DNA of 63,857 nt from an uncultured virus (IMG/VR IMGVR_UViG_2791355434_000002) (Duplodnaviria > Heunggongvirae > Uroviricota > Caudoviricetes): the IMG/VR virus record IMGVR_UViG_2791355434_000002; one strand, 5' to 3'. How positions within the stretch are numbered: position 1 is the stretch's first letter; the number at the start of each line of letters is the position of its first letter. A program made the position numbers and the translations under genes. A model generated the notes under the pieces. The model worked only from the letters and a program-made list of their open reading frames with translations. It had not been told where the DNA came from and did not search any database. Shown piece by piece: positions 1-9,336 of the stretch.

Positions 1-107
1 GGCGTCCCCCGCTCGTCGTTGATCAGGTACGAGATCAGGTTGACTGCCAGAGACGCCCTCAACGCTCACAGATTCGTGAGCGTTAGCAGCTCAGCGGGTG
101 AGCGCGC

Positions 108-1292
108 CTACAGGCCGATCCAGGCGGCCATGTGGCCCAGGCTGTCCGGGGTGCTGCGGGAGATGTGGACCAGGCCCTTGATGGTCTCCCGGGCTCCGGG
201 GTGGTACCGGGTCTGCTCGGGGGCTGTATGCCGGGCGGTGACGATGCTGGTGAGGGCGGCGTCGGTGCGGCCAGTCTCCATCTCGGAGCGGGCCTTGTCG
301 ATGAGGAAGTGCGCGCGCCGGCTGGTGGCGAGCGAGACGGGGAGCCGGATGTCCCGGGCCTGTTTCAGCGCTTCCCCGTACTGGCGCATCTCGACCGCGG
401 CGGACATGCGGTGCAGCGCCACGTTCGTCGGGCCGAAGGACAGCCAGTGCACCTCGGAGGCATCCCCCGTTACCGCGGCGCACCGGGTGGCTTCGGCAAT
501 GTGCTCATCGACTACAACCTGCTGGCCGGCGCGTGCCGCGATGACGGAAGCCCCGAGGTGCAGCTGCCCGGTGACCGCGGTCGCCTCCCGGGTGGGTTCG
601 GCGGCGCCGACGATGCTGTGCCCGGCGGTGACGAGGCGCTGCCCGATCGTGTACTCGCCCTCCCTGAAGTAGACGAGGGCCCTCATGTACTGGCGGATCG
701 CCGCGAGGCATGGGTCGGAGGCGCGTTGGGCGGCCCAGTCCATGCGGTCGAGGGCCACGGAGGACAGGTCGTAGTAGCCGAGCTTCACGGACACGTCGTG
801 GGCGGTCCGGTACGTCGACGCCAACGCCTGCCACAGCTCGGTGGACCCGTCACGCCATGCTGCGGTGGTCAGCTCGGCGATCGCCCCCGGGAGTTGGCGG
901 GCGGCGTTTCGTAGGCGGGTCGCTCGGACTTGGAAGCACAGGTGGTCGGCTGCGGCCACCAGCTGGTCGGTGGGCCTGGTAGGGATGGTGTCGTCGGGCC
1001 CAAGGTCGTACAGGTCGAGGGCCTCGCGGATGGGGCGGACGAGTTCGGCGAGGCGGTCTTGCTGTAGTTCGGTCACGTAGGGCTCTCCGGTGAGGGCGGT
1101 GACGTCGACTCTCAGGGCCTGGGCGACCGCCGCTACGAAGTCGATGGTGGCGGGTTTCGCGCCGCATTCGACTTGGTTGAGGAGGCTGTAGGAGTACGGG
1201 ATGCGGGCCGCGAGTTGCCGTTGAGTGAGGCGGGCCAGTTTCCGTTGTTCCTTGATCCGGGTGCCTGTGTGTTCGTCGTCCAGTCTGGGCAT
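108..1292 (-). CDS. XRE-family HTH transcriptional regulator with C-terminal helical/TPR-like domain
   Basis: Start re-called to ATG at 1292 (MPRLDDEHTGTRIKEQRKLARLTQRQLAARIPYSYSLLNQVECG is an XRE HTH); 394 aa; divergent from the flavoprotein. Confidence 0.85.
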   Translation of the reverse strand: MPRLDDEHTGTRIKEQRKLARLTQRQLAARIPYSYSLLNQVECGAKPATIDFVAAVAQALRVDVTALTGEPYVTELQQDRLAELVRPIREALDLYDLGPDDTIPTRPTDQLVAAADHLCFQVRATRLRNAARQLPGAIAELTTAAWRDGSTELWQALASTYRTAHDVSVKLGYYDLSSVALDRMDWAAQRASDPCLAAIRQYMRALVYFREGEYTIGQRLVTAGHSIVGAAEPTREATAVTGQLHLGASVIAARAGQQVVVDEHIAEATRCAAVTGDASEVHWLSFGPTNVALHRMSAAVEMRQYGEALKQARDIRLPVSLATSRRAHFLIDKARSEMETGRTDAALTSIVTARHTAPEQTRYHPGARETIKGLVHISRSTPDSLGHMAAWIGL

Positions 1293-1409
1293 ACTGGTCT
1301 CCGTTCCTGACTCGTCATCTGGAACGGTACCCGCGCGCCGTTGCCCGGGACCCTGCGTCGCCCCTGATCCGCCCGGGTCGGGGGCGGTTGCATGTGGTCG
1401 ACTGGGTGC

Positions 1410-1952
1410 ATGACGACTCTGTACGTGTTCGGTGCGGCGGCTCCCCCGGTGTTCGAGGTGTCCGAGATCATCAAGGCCGGGCAGGACCGGGGGTGGGATG
1501 TGTGCCTGGGGTTGACGCCGACCGCGGCCCAGTGGCTGGAGCGGGACCTGCCCGCGTTGGAGGAGCTGACCGGGCGGCCGGTGCGGTCGGAGTACAAGGC
1601 GCCGGGTGAGCCCGACGTGTGGCCGGCGGCGGATGTGATCCTGGTCGCGCCGGCGACGTTCAACACGGTCAACGAGTGGGCGCTCGGGCTGACGTCGAAG
1701 TTCGTGGTCGGGGTGGTCGCGGAGGGGATCGGGAAGGGTATTCCGATCATTGCAATGCCGTGCGTGAATGCCGCCTACGTGCAGCATCGTGCGTTCGACC
1801 GGAGTGTGGCGGAGCTGCGGGGCATGGGTGTGACGCTGTTGTACGGGGAGGGTGGGTTCGTGCCGAATCAGCCTGGGGAGCGGCGCCCGGAGGGCTATCC
1901 GTGGCATCTGGCGCTGGCCGCGGTAGAGGCGGTTGTCGGTGCCCGCCCGTAG
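1410..1952 (+). CDS. Flavoprotein (HFCD/CoaC-decarboxylase-like fold)
   Basis: Motifs GLTPTAAQW, ADVILVAPATFNTVNEWALG and IAMPCVN are typical of the Flavoprotein family. Confidence 0.85.
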   Translation: MTTLYVFGAAAPPVFEVSEIIKAGQDRGWDVCLGLTPTAAQWLERDLPALEELTGRPVRSEYKAPGEPDVWPAADVILVAPATFNTVNEWALGLTSKFVVGVVAEGIGKGIPIIAMPCVNAAYVQHRAFDRSVAELRGMGVTLLYGEGGFVPNQPGERRPEGYPWHLALAAVEAVVGARP

Positions 1953-1961
1953 ACTGCGGGC

Positions 1962-2138
1962 ATGCCGACTTCTCCTGCCGAGCTGCCGCGTGCCCGTTCG
2001 CTGTCGGCTGCGAACGAGGACATCCGGGCGTTGTTGTCGGCGGGTGGTCTGGTGTCCACTGAGGGCCGCTGCCGGTATGAGGAGCTGTTGGTGGAGTGGG
2101 CTGCGGCGGTGCGCGGGGATGTGGCGGAGGCGGCTTGA
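1962..2138 (+). CDS. Small hypothetical protein (58 aa)
   Basis: MPTSPAELPRARSLSAANEDIRALL...YEELLVEWAAAVRG; starts 9 nt after the flavoprotein stop; below the ORF-track cutoff. Confidence 0.6.
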   Translation: MPTSPAELPRARSLSAANEDIRALLSAGGLVSTEGRCRYEELLVEWAAAVRGDVAEAA

Positions 2139-2221
2139 TCGGCTTCGCGGTGCTGCGGAAGTGATGGCCTGACCTGCATGGCAGTCGACTCGTGGCCGGA
2201 AGCACCTACTAGGATCCGGCC

Positions 2222-2458
2222 GTGGCGAATCCGAGCGAAGACCTGATCAACCTGTGTCGTGCTGCTGTCGAGGCGCAGCGGGCGGCAACCTCCGAGCCGT
2301 ACACCAAGGAACGCTGGGCGGCGTGGCTGGAGGCTGCAGAAGCGTTCCAGCGGGCCGTCGTCGAGGAGGCCGGGCGGGAGCCGAAGCAGAGCCGCCTGGA
2401 GCTGGAGCAGGCCGCGAAGAAGGCCGTACTGCACCCCGAGGAGTCCTCGGGTGGTTGA
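2222..2458 (+). CDS. Hypothetical protein
   Basis: 78-aa ORF, helical, protein-like composition. Confidence 0.65.
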   Translation: MANPSEDLINLCRAAVEAQRAATSEPYTKERWAAWLEAAEAFQRAVVEEAGREPKQSRLELEQAAKKAVLHPEESSGG

Positions 2459-2492
2459 GGTGACCTTCCGCTGGCCGGTCCGTTAGCGGGTC

Positions 2493-2690
2493 ATGATGAC
2501 CTTCGCAGAGGCCCATGCCGCCGCCCAGGCCGACGAGGACGCGGTGTACACGTTGTACTTCACGAAGCGCGAGCTGTGTGCCGCGCTCAACGTGACACGG
2601 GTCGACGGATCGCCGTCCGAGGCCGATAGGCAGGCCGCCGCTGCGCTGTTCAACCGACTGGCCGATCGGCTAGGTGTCACCCTGGACTAG
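2493..2690 (+). CDS. Hypothetical protein
   Basis: 65-aa ORF followed by a hairpin. Confidence 0.55.
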   Translation: MMTFAEAHAAAQADEDAVYTLYFTKRELCAALNVTRVDGSPSEADRQAAAALFNRLADRLGVTLD

Positions 2691-2703
2691 CCCCGGACGC
2701 AGC

Positions 2704-2739
2704 CCCGCCCCCGTCCGGTTCCACTCGGGCGGGGGCGGG
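2704..2739. terminator. GC-rich stem-loop, probable terminator
   Basis: cccgcccccgtccg...cgggcgggggcggg inverted repeat right after the stop at 2690. Confidence 0.55.
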
Positions 2740-2853
2740 TTCAGAAGCAACCCCTGATCACGGGCCACGGGCCCTGGGTTGATGTGAAAAGCCTACGGGT
2801 GAGTGCCGACAACCCGGGATCCATCAGGCCCGGCGTGGGGGCTCGCCCGACCT

Positions 2854-3027
2854 TCAGACCTTCCTGCCAGCACGGCCCATGGGCTCCATGACCTCGGCGG
2901 CGGCAGCAAGAGCACGGCGGGCATCGACTGCCATCTTCACCCGCCACTCCGGCACCTCCACCGGGTGGGCGTGCCGATTGAGCTGACGCACGGCACGGTC
3001 GACGTTCGGGTACGGGCGGTACGGCAC
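2854..3027 (-). CDS. Small hypothetical protein
   Basis: GAGGAGG RBS then GTG; VPYRPYPNVDRAVRQL... Confidence 0.5.
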   Translation of the reverse strand: MPYRPYPNVDRAVRQLNRHAHPVEVPEWRVKMAVDARRALAAAAEVMEPMGRAGRKV

Positions 3028-3128
3028 GGTGTCCTCCTCGGGGTGCCCCCGTCGACGGGGGGCGACGGGGGCACTGCCAGTGCGGCAGGGCCTGGGCGAC
3101 GAGCGGGTGCATTCCACCCGCACTAGAC

Positions 3129-3144
3129 TCGAACGCATGTACGA
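3129..3144 (+). promoter_or_regulatory. Putative LexA (SOS) box overlapping the start codon of the DUF6233 gene
   Basis: TCGAACgcatGTACGA versus actinobacterial consensus TCGAAC-N4-GTTCGA (1 mismatch); TAGACT -10-like hexamer at 3124. Confidence 0.7.
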
Positions 3145-3478
3145 CCTGCCACCTGACCTGGACCGCCTACACACCCTGCGGACCTGGCACGCCATGTGGC
3201 TCGACAGAATCGACCAAGCCATCCACGCGGCGCAGCAAGAACACGAGGCGCGGCAAGCCCAGGAACGTCGAGCGGCAGCACCCCCACCGCCCGCCTGGGT
3301 CGTCGGCCTCCACGACCTCACCGGCACCCCCGAAGAAGTCCACCAAGGCGGATGCACCATGTGGGCCCACCGACGACGGAAAGCAGTCCCCCGAGAAGAA
3401 GCCCGACGGCTCCTAGCCGACGGCCTCCGCGCATGCCAGTTCTGCAAGCCCGACACCGAACTCGGACTCCTGGAGTAA
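3137..3478 (+). CDS. DUF6233-like zinc-binding protein
   Basis: MYDLPPDLDRL...VHQGGC...REEARRLLADGLRACQFCKPDTELG. Confidence 0.75.
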   Translation: MYDLPPDLDRLHTLRTWHAMWLDRIDQAIHAAQQEHEARQAQERRAAAPPPPAWVVGLHDLTGTPEEVHQGGCTMWAHRRRKAVPREEARRLLADGLRACQFCKPDTELGLLE

Positions 3479-3519
3479 CCCACCGCGCACCCCACCCCAC
3501 GTCGGCGCAGGATCAGGCT

Positions 3520-4389
3520 GTGGAGTACCCCATCCGACCCGCGCTCGCCCAAGCCGTCCCGCGCATCCCCGACGGCCACGGCTGGTGGTACGAGCCCAAA
3601 TTCGACGGGCATAGGACGATCCTCCGGCGCACCGAGGAGACCGTAATCCTCTACGCGCGCTCAGGCCGAGTCGTCACCAGCCACTGGATGGACCTCGCCG
3701 TCGCCGCCATGCAGCTCCCACCCGGCACCACACTCGACGGAGAAGCCGTCATCTGGAAGGACGGCCGCATCGACTTCGCCGCCGCCCAGTCCCGGGCCGC
3801 CTCCGGCATCACCCGGGCACGCGCGCTCGCCGCACAGCGCCCCGCCTCCTACCTCGCCTGGGACGTGCTGGAGCACCCCAACCAAGGACAGGTCACCGCA
3901 CTCCCCTACACCCAGCGGCGACAGCTGCTCGTCGACCTCCTCCACGACATCCCCCCGCCCATCCAAGCCGTACCCGCCACCGACGACCGAGACATCGCCG
4001 CCGCCTGGTACGAAGGGCTCCAAGAACAAGGCATCGAAGGGATCGTCGCCAAGAAGGGAGCCGCCCCCTACCCGCTCGGTCGGCGCGCATGGCTCAAGGT
4101 GAGGCACGCCGACACCGAAGACGCACTCGTCGTCGGCTACCTCGGACCCCGGCGCCGGCCCCACCGGCTCGCACTCGCCATCGGCGACGAAGGCGGGCCC
4201 ATCCGGCTCTCCGCACGGCTCGACCCCGTACTCGCCGGGCGCATCGGAGAGGCGCTCACCGCGGCCGAGGCGCTCGGAGAACGCCGAGCTGAAGGGGAGA
4301 CGTACACCCGAGTCGACGGATACCTGACCGTCGAAGTCCTCGCCGGGTCCGGAAGGCACGGGACGCTCACCGTCACCCGCATGCGGTAG
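3520..4389 (+). CDS. ATP-dependent DNA ligase (LigC/LigD-ligase type)
   Basis: Motif I EPKFDGHR, plus LDGEAV, LAWDVL, EGIVAK and WLKVR; GTG start re-called. Confidence 0.9.
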   Translation: MEYPIRPALAQAVPRIPDGHGWWYEPKFDGHRTILRRTEETVILYARSGRVVTSHWMDLAVAAMQLPPGTTLDGEAVIWKDGRIDFAAAQSRAASGITRARALAAQRPASYLAWDVLEHPNQGQVTALPYTQRRQLLVDLLHDIPPPIQAVPATDDRDIAAAWYEGLQEQGIEGIVAKKGAAPYPLGRRAWLKVRHADTEDALVVGYLGPRRRPHRLALAIGDEGGPIRLSARLDPVLAGRIGEALTAAEALGERRAEGETYTRVDGYLTVEVLAGSGRHGTLTVTRMR

Positions 4390-4454
4390 CGGCCTGACCG
4401 GCAGCGAAGCGGAGCAGGGGGAACGTTCGGCAAAACCCGTGCGACGGTGAATGC

Positions 4455-4664
4455 ATGGACAACCCGAAGCAGCGATACCCCAGATCGGTGGCCCGCCGAC
4501 TGCGGCCACACCCCTGCCCCGACTGCCAGAAGATCAGCCGACCCCGCATCACTGAACTGCCAGACCTTGACGCCGCCGACACCGACCCAGACGTCCTTGT
4601 CGTCTGGAACTGCCCGGACAACCTCTGTAACCAGCACGAAGGCTTCTACACCGAGACCCGCTGA
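4455..4664 (+). CDS. Small Cys-containing hypothetical protein
   Basis: CPDC...CPDNLC zinc-ribbon-like motif. Confidence 0.55.
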   Translation: MDNPKQRYPRSVARRLRPHPCPDCQKISRPRITELPDLDAADTDPDVLVVWNCPDNLCNQHEGFYTETR

Positions 4665-4743
4665 CCGAGCCAGCGCTGCCGCTCCTGCGGGGATTCAGGA
4701 ACGGCAGCCAGCCACTGCCACAGCCACCAGCGAGGATGACCCC

Positions 4744-4923
4744 ATGCCGATCACCATGCAGAACTACGCCCTCATCTGGACCGACAACAGCGGGAAGGGG
4801 CGCGCCTCCACCGTCGCCTACGACAAGCCCAGCGCTGAGCATCGGAAGGCCGAGCTCGAAGCTGGCGGGGCCACTGGCGTCACCATCGTCCCGATCCAGC
4901 CCGGAGAACTCCCCCAGCCCTGA
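4744..4923 (+). CDS. Small hypothetical protein
   Basis: GAGGA RBS; MPITMQNYALIWTD... Confidence 0.6.
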   Translation: MPITMQNYALIWTDNSGKGRASTVAYDKPSAEHRKAELEAGGATGVTIVPIQPGELPQP

Positions 4924-5191
4924 CCCCGGGCAGCCGCGAAACCTCCCGTGGGGAGCCGGGAGGAGCGGCAGGCCCCGCCCGCAACGGGGGGTGACACGGG
5001 CGGGGGCCTGAGCAGTCCCTCAGCCTCGGGATGGGGAGCTGCGAAAACCACGATGCACCCGATCCGGCCACAAGGGTAGAGGTGTGACCGGAAACGGTTG
5101 ACCAGCTCTCCGCGCGGATGGCTGAACAGTAGGGTGTCGCAGTGACGCCCCAGCCCGCTTTCCTCGGGCTGGGGCGTCGTGCTGTGTCAGG

Positions 5192-5992
5192 TCATGCAGC
5201 AGCGGCAGCCAGGCACCAGCAGCCTTGGACTTCGGGGCCGCTTCGAGGGTGGTGCTGGATCCAGAGCTTGTGCTCAACCCAGTCGGCCAGATTCCCCTTG
5301 GCCAGGCAGTCAGGGGCGGTGCACTCGCCGGTTCCGTCGTGGTGCAGGGTCTTCGTGCCCTCGCAGTAGAAGTAGCGGCGTCGGCCTTCTTCGGCTGCGG
5401 CCCAGCGCTCGTCATAGGCCTTCATGGAGCCTGCGCAGTCGTTGCGGGTGTGGAAGATGGCCGAGTCGTCACCGAGGTCCGGGCGGATCAGATTCGGGCC
5501 GGGGAAGGTGAACGATTTCTGCCGACTACTGATGGGCTCGCGGCACCCGTGGCAGACGCCCGGCATGATCGCCATCTCCTTCTCCATGCGCTCAGCGGCA
5601 CGGTCCATGACGGCTTCGTTGTGGACGTGCCTGCACGGGGGCAGCTCTTGGCAGGTTCGGCACACCCAGTAGTGCTCGGGCAGGACGTACCAGTACGTGC
5701 TGTCAGGGCACAGGAGGTGAAGGGGCTTGGACTGCGGCTGGTCGTCGTGCCGGAGTACGACGACGCGAGGCCTGTAGCTCCAGGTGGCGGGAGCGGGCAT
5801 GCCGTGCTTGACCCAGGCGTCGCGGTAGTTCTGGGGCCAGTCCGCTTCGTCGCGGTCGCGGACTTCGATCAGTCGGTAGGGCTGGCGGTCCCAGACGAGG
5901 ATGCTGTTGGGCTTGAGTCGGCTAGTAGTGGCCCTCAGCCGGGAGTGGCCCTGTGCTGGGCGCCAGTCGTCGGGGTCGTAGCGAAAGTGCAT
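5192..5992 (-). CDS. Cys-rich hypothetical protein, coupled to the resolvase
   Basis: ATG 1 nt after the resolvase stop; CRTC and CHGC motifs; 266 aa. Confidence 0.7.
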   Translation of the reverse strand: MHFRYDPDDWRPAQGHSRLRATTSRLKPNSILVWDRQPYRLIEVRDRDEADWPQNYRDAWVKHGMPAPATWSYRPRVVVLRHDDQPQSKPLHLLCPDSTYWYVLPEHYWVCRTCQELPPCRHVHNEAVMDRAAERMEKEMAIMPGVCHGCREPISSRQKSFTFPGPNLIRPDLGDDSAIFHTRNDCAGSMKAYDERWAAAEEGRRRYFYCEGTKTLHHDGTGECTAPDCLAKGNLADWVEHKLWIQHHPRSGPEVQGCWCLAAAAA

Positions 5993-5993
5993 G

Positions 5994-6566
5994 TCAGTCC
6001 TCCTTGGACAGATGGCGATAGATGGTGGGCCTGCTGACGCCGAACTCGTCGGCAATCTGCTGGACCGTGTACCTGCGCTTCCCATCGGAGCCGAGCTCGT
6101 CGTACATCTCCTGGGCGAGCTTGATCTGGCGGGCCTTGAGCTTCGGCTTCTGCCCGCCGGTCCGTCCGCGTGCTCGGGCTGCTTCGAGACCTTCGATCGT
6201 GCGGTCGGACATGAGGGAGTGCTCGAACTCGGCAATGGCACCGATGATCTGGAAGAAGAGCCGTCCTGCCGGGGTGGCGGTGTCGATGCCCTGATCCAGG
6301 ACGACGAGGCCGATATCGCGGGACCTCAGTTCCTCGGACAGTTCGATGAGGTTCTTCAGGGAGCGACCGAGGCGGTCGAGCTTGGTAATGACGATCTGGT
6401 CGCCTTCGCGGGCGACCATGAGGGCTTTGTCGAGTTCGGGGCGTCGGGCGAGCTTGCCGGACGCCTTGTCGGTGAAGACCTTCTCGCAGCCTGCGGCTCG
6501 GAGTGCGTCTTCTTGGGCTTCGGGGTTCTGGTCGCGAGTGGAGACTCGCGCTACGCCGATCCTCAT
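5994..6566 (-). CDS. Small serine recombinase (resolvase/invertase family)
   Basis: ARVSTRDQ catalytic Ser, KLDRLGRS, C-terminal HTH (VQQIADEFGVSRPTIYRHL). Confidence 0.95.
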   Translation of the reverse strand: MRIGVARVSTRDQNPEAQEDALRAAGCEKVFTDKASGKLARRPELDKALMVAREGDQIVITKLDRLGRSLKNLIELSEELRSRDIGLVVLDQGIDTATPAGRLFFQIIGAIAEFEHSLMSDRTIEGLEAARARGRTGGQKPKLKARQIKLAQEMYDELGSDGKRRYTVQQIADEFGVSRPTIYRHLSKED

Positions 6567-6700
6567 GCTTAATTGTATCGCAAAGGGGGTTGCGCGTTAC
6601 ATAGATGCGTACACGAGTTATGTAACAACAAAGGTCCAGCGCGGGGTGGCTGGACAGCGACCGTCTCGCAGACGATCGTTTGTGGACACCGTGATGGAGC
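6567..6700. promoter_or_regulatory. Probable res site and promoter of the resolvase
   Basis: AT-rich tract upstream of the resolvase with inverted repeat GTTACATA...TATGTAAC (about 6596-6626). Confidence 0.5.
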
Positions 6701-6821
6701 GCTTCCGGCGCGAAGAAGGGCCCTGCTCCGAGAGGAGCAGGGCCCGCGATACGGCATGTTATCGAGGTTCGTGGGTGATCGAACGGTCCGCCCGATCAGG
6801 CCTGTCAGTGGAATCTGCCGC

Positions 6822-7421
6822 TCAACTGGCGCTCGTCGACGGCACGGTGGCAAGCAGCCGCCCTGCGGACTGGGCGAACGCCGACAGCAGCGCGTCCAGG
6901 CGGCTCCGGGAGTTCAGCCACGTCTCCCCGTCGACGTCATCATGCTCTGACTGTGTGTCCGGGAGGAGCAGGTGCTGCACCTCGCCGGCAACGTCCTGAA
7001 CGTACTCGTCGACGGCCTGTTGAAAGTCGGCAGCCTCCTCCGCCAGAGAAGGGGCCATCAGGCGGATCTCGGCGACCTTGGCGGCCAGAGCAGCCCTGGC
7101 CGGGGCCAGGTCGTCCTGGAGCTGACGCCGAGCACGCTCCCAGAGCTCGCCGCCGGGCGCGCCACTGGATGCCGCCCTGCCGGATGCGATGCCGTGCGCT
7201 GCGGTCAGAGACTCATCCATCGACAGCAGCGCCAAGGCGCCCTGCTCCATGAAGTGCAGGCAGGCATCGGCTTGGCGGTCACGGAGCCAGTTGGCGTGCT
7301 CCGTTGCGACCTGGTGTTGCGCGGGGCACCGTTGGCCCTTCGCGCGTGCGACTGCGTAGCCGCCCCAGGCCGCGGTGAGAGAAGCGAGTGCCGTGATACC
7401 AGCTGCCGCTTTTGCGTCCAT
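6822..7421 (-). CDS. Hypothetical protein with N-terminal membrane segment
   Basis: AAAGITALASLTAAWGGYAVA hydrophobic helix followed by a helical domain. Confidence 0.55.
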   Translation of the reverse strand: MDAKAAAGITALASLTAAWGGYAVARAKGQRCPAQHQVATEHANWLRDRQADACLHFMEQGALALLSMDESLTAAHGIASGRAASSGAPGGELWERARRQLQDDLAPARAALAAKVAEIRLMAPSLAEEAADFQQAVDEYVQDVAGEVQHLLLPDTQSEHDDVDGETWLNSRSRLDALLSAFAQSAGRLLATVPSTSAS

Positions 7422-7541
7422 GCGCGCATCATGCCGACCGCCCGCGAACCCCACAACCGTCAGCGCCTAGGGGAACGTTATGCGCTAGTTGCCGGACCGG
7501 ACCTGACCCCGTTGTCAGAGGCGTGGGCGACACTCGGCCGT

Positions 7542-7826
7542 ATGACAAACAGCTACCGAGGCCCCGTCGTCGTGCTCATGGGCGGCCGGGAGCACTTCGC
7601 CAACGCAGACCTCAGCATCCACATCGAGAACGGCCTCAAGTCATGGGATGGCACGCTGGAAAGCGATCCGTCGCTCGACTGGTTCGATGCGGCCGACGGC
7701 GACGAGGCGAGGCTGCGCATGCCAGACGGACGTGAAGGCCAGTTCTTTGCGACAGCCGGGTCCCTCGGCTCGGGGCAGGTCGAGATCCAGGGGCCGGCCC
7801 CGACCCCGTTCGGAGATTCCGCCTAA
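7542..7826 (+). CDS. DUF4873-like small beta protein
   Basis: MTNSYRGPVVVL...KSWDGTL...RLRMPDGREG...IQGPAPTPF. Confidence 0.65.
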   Translation: MTNSYRGPVVVLMGGREHFANADLSIHIENGLKSWDGTLESDPSLDWFDAADGDEARLRMPDGREGQFFATAGSLGSGQVEIQGPAPTPFGDSA

Positions 7827-7840
7827 CCCCAGACACAGCT

Positions 7841-7874
7841 CTGCGCCCCGCCCTCGGATGAGAGCGGGGCGCAG
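7841..7874 (+). terminator. Stem-loop, probable terminator
   Basis: ctgcgccccg...cggggcgcag inverted repeat. Confidence 0.55.
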
Positions 7875-7919
7875 GCGCGCCGGGCGCGTTGTCAGTGCCC
7901 GCCGCTAGAGTCCCGGCGC

Positions 7920-8528
7920 ATGAGCATCGAGTGGACTGACACCACCAGCACGGCAGCTGCCGCCCTCAGCGCGGTTGCAGCCGGTGGGGCCTGGTGGGCA
8001 GCGCGGCGGTCGGCATCTGCCGCGAAGGCCCTGACCCGCATCGAGGAAGCGCGGTGGAAGGCGGACCGCACGCCCCAGTTCGACCTGAAGCTGATCGAGA
8101 CCGGGAACGGGCAGGCCCTCCTGCAACTGCACCTCACCGGCCCGGACTCCCTGGAGCACCTCGACAGCATCACCATCAAGGTCGGCAACGACGACAGGAA
8201 CCTCGCCGACATAACGCCGGCACCTGGGGTCACCCGTGCCGACCTCGACAACTTCGTGTGGGGGCCGTACAAGTTCACCCACGGTGCAAACGGGACCGAC
8301 GAGCACGGCCGCGGCCCCGCCCCGTTCCCTCTCGCTGTGGGTACAGGCTCCCGGTTCGCCATGCAGCGGACCTACCCCGGCCCCTGGATGGAGGGGAAGA
8401 CTCAAGGCATGTGGCAGGGCGAGTACGTGGGCAAGCCGATCCGGCTTGCTCTGACGTGTCGACACGGGGCGATGGAGTGGGTTCTCGCCCGGCAGTTGGA
8501 GAACCCTCTCTTCGAATCCGGCGCCTAG
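7920..8528 (+). CDS. Hypothetical membrane-anchored protein
   Basis: 202 aa with an N-terminal hydrophobic anchor. Confidence 0.7.
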   Translation: MSIEWTDTTSTAAAALSAVAAGGAWWAARRSASAAKALTRIEEARWKADRTPQFDLKLIETGNGQALLQLHLTGPDSLEHLDSITIKVGNDDRNLADITPAPGVTRADLDNFVWGPYKFTHGANGTDEHGRGPAPFPLAVGTGSRFAMQRTYPGPWMEGKTQGMWQGEYVGKPIRLALTCRHGAMEWVLARQLENPLFESGA

Positions 8529-8644
8529 CACCCGCGCCCCTCCCCCGCTGTTTGGTCACAACTCCGTCACCTCCGGATCATGTGGCAGCACGGGGCGTGT
8601 GGGGGTCGCTACGGTCGGGCCTTCCGGACCATCTTGGGAGCCCC

Positions 8645-9259
8645 ATGCGTACCCGTACTGCCTCTGCTGCTGTTCTCCTGCTCGCCTTCACCGTCACCGC
8701 CTGCGGTAGCAGTAGCGAGCCGGCCGCACCGAAGTCCACTGCGAAGGCGTCGGCCCCTGAGCATGAGGTGGACTGCTCGGATACGTCGCTGAATCAGGCG
8801 GACTGGATGGAGCACTGCAACACGGAAACCCCCGCCGAGTCGGAGGCCCCGCCGACGGACCTGGCGTTCGGGAAGCCGTTCGCATGGCCGGACGGTCTGG
8901 AGGTCACCGTCCTGGAAGCGAAGGTGTTCACCGACTGGGACGAGTACGAGGAGCCGGACCCGAAGAGCACCGAGTTCCGGGTGCGGGTGAAGGTCGACAA
9001 CAAGAGCGGGCAGGCCATCGACCTGGACGAACTGTCGGTAACGGTGGACGGGGCGACGAACGGCGGCACGGCTGCCCTGACCGTGTTCTCGAAGGGCAGC
9101 GCACCGTTGGAGGGGCGCCTCGCGAAGGGCGTCTCGGCGGTGAAGACGAGCGACAACTCGTTGGAGAAGCGGTACGGCAAGGACATCGTGGTGACGGTGC
9201 AGCGGACCACCGCCGACGATGTCCTCGCCTTCCCTGAGTTCACCGGCACGATCAAGTAG
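8645..9259 (+). CDS. Lipoprotein (DUF4352-like Ig-fold)
   Basis: Signal peptide MRTRTASAAVLLLAFTVTA-C with lipobox; FRVRVKVDNKSG. Confidence 0.8.
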   Translation: MRTRTASAAVLLLAFTVTACGSSSEPAAPKSTAKASAPEHEVDCSDTSLNQADWMEHCNTETPAESEAPPTDLAFGKPFAWPDGLEVTVLEAKVFTDWDEYEEPDPKSTEFRVRVKVDNKSGQAIDLDELSVTVDGATNGGTAALTVFSKGSAPLEGRLAKGVSAVKTSDNSLEKRYGKDIVVTVQRTTADDVLAFPEFTGTIK

Positions 9260-9336
9260 GGCCAGAGGGCGGGGCCTGGGCCCAAGCTGGGTGATGGCGA
9301 GGTCGCTTGCCGGCCAGCGACGTGACAGCGGGCTGG

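Noticed and set aside
1293..1907. N-terminal 205 aa of ORF 108..1907
   Set aside because: Overlaps the flavoprotein on the opposite strand; the XRE domain starts at 1292
5994..6566. Serine recombinase as the prophage integrase or a tail-fibre invertase
   Set aside because: At 190 aa it lacks large-serine-integrase domains, and no invertible tail cassette is adjacent
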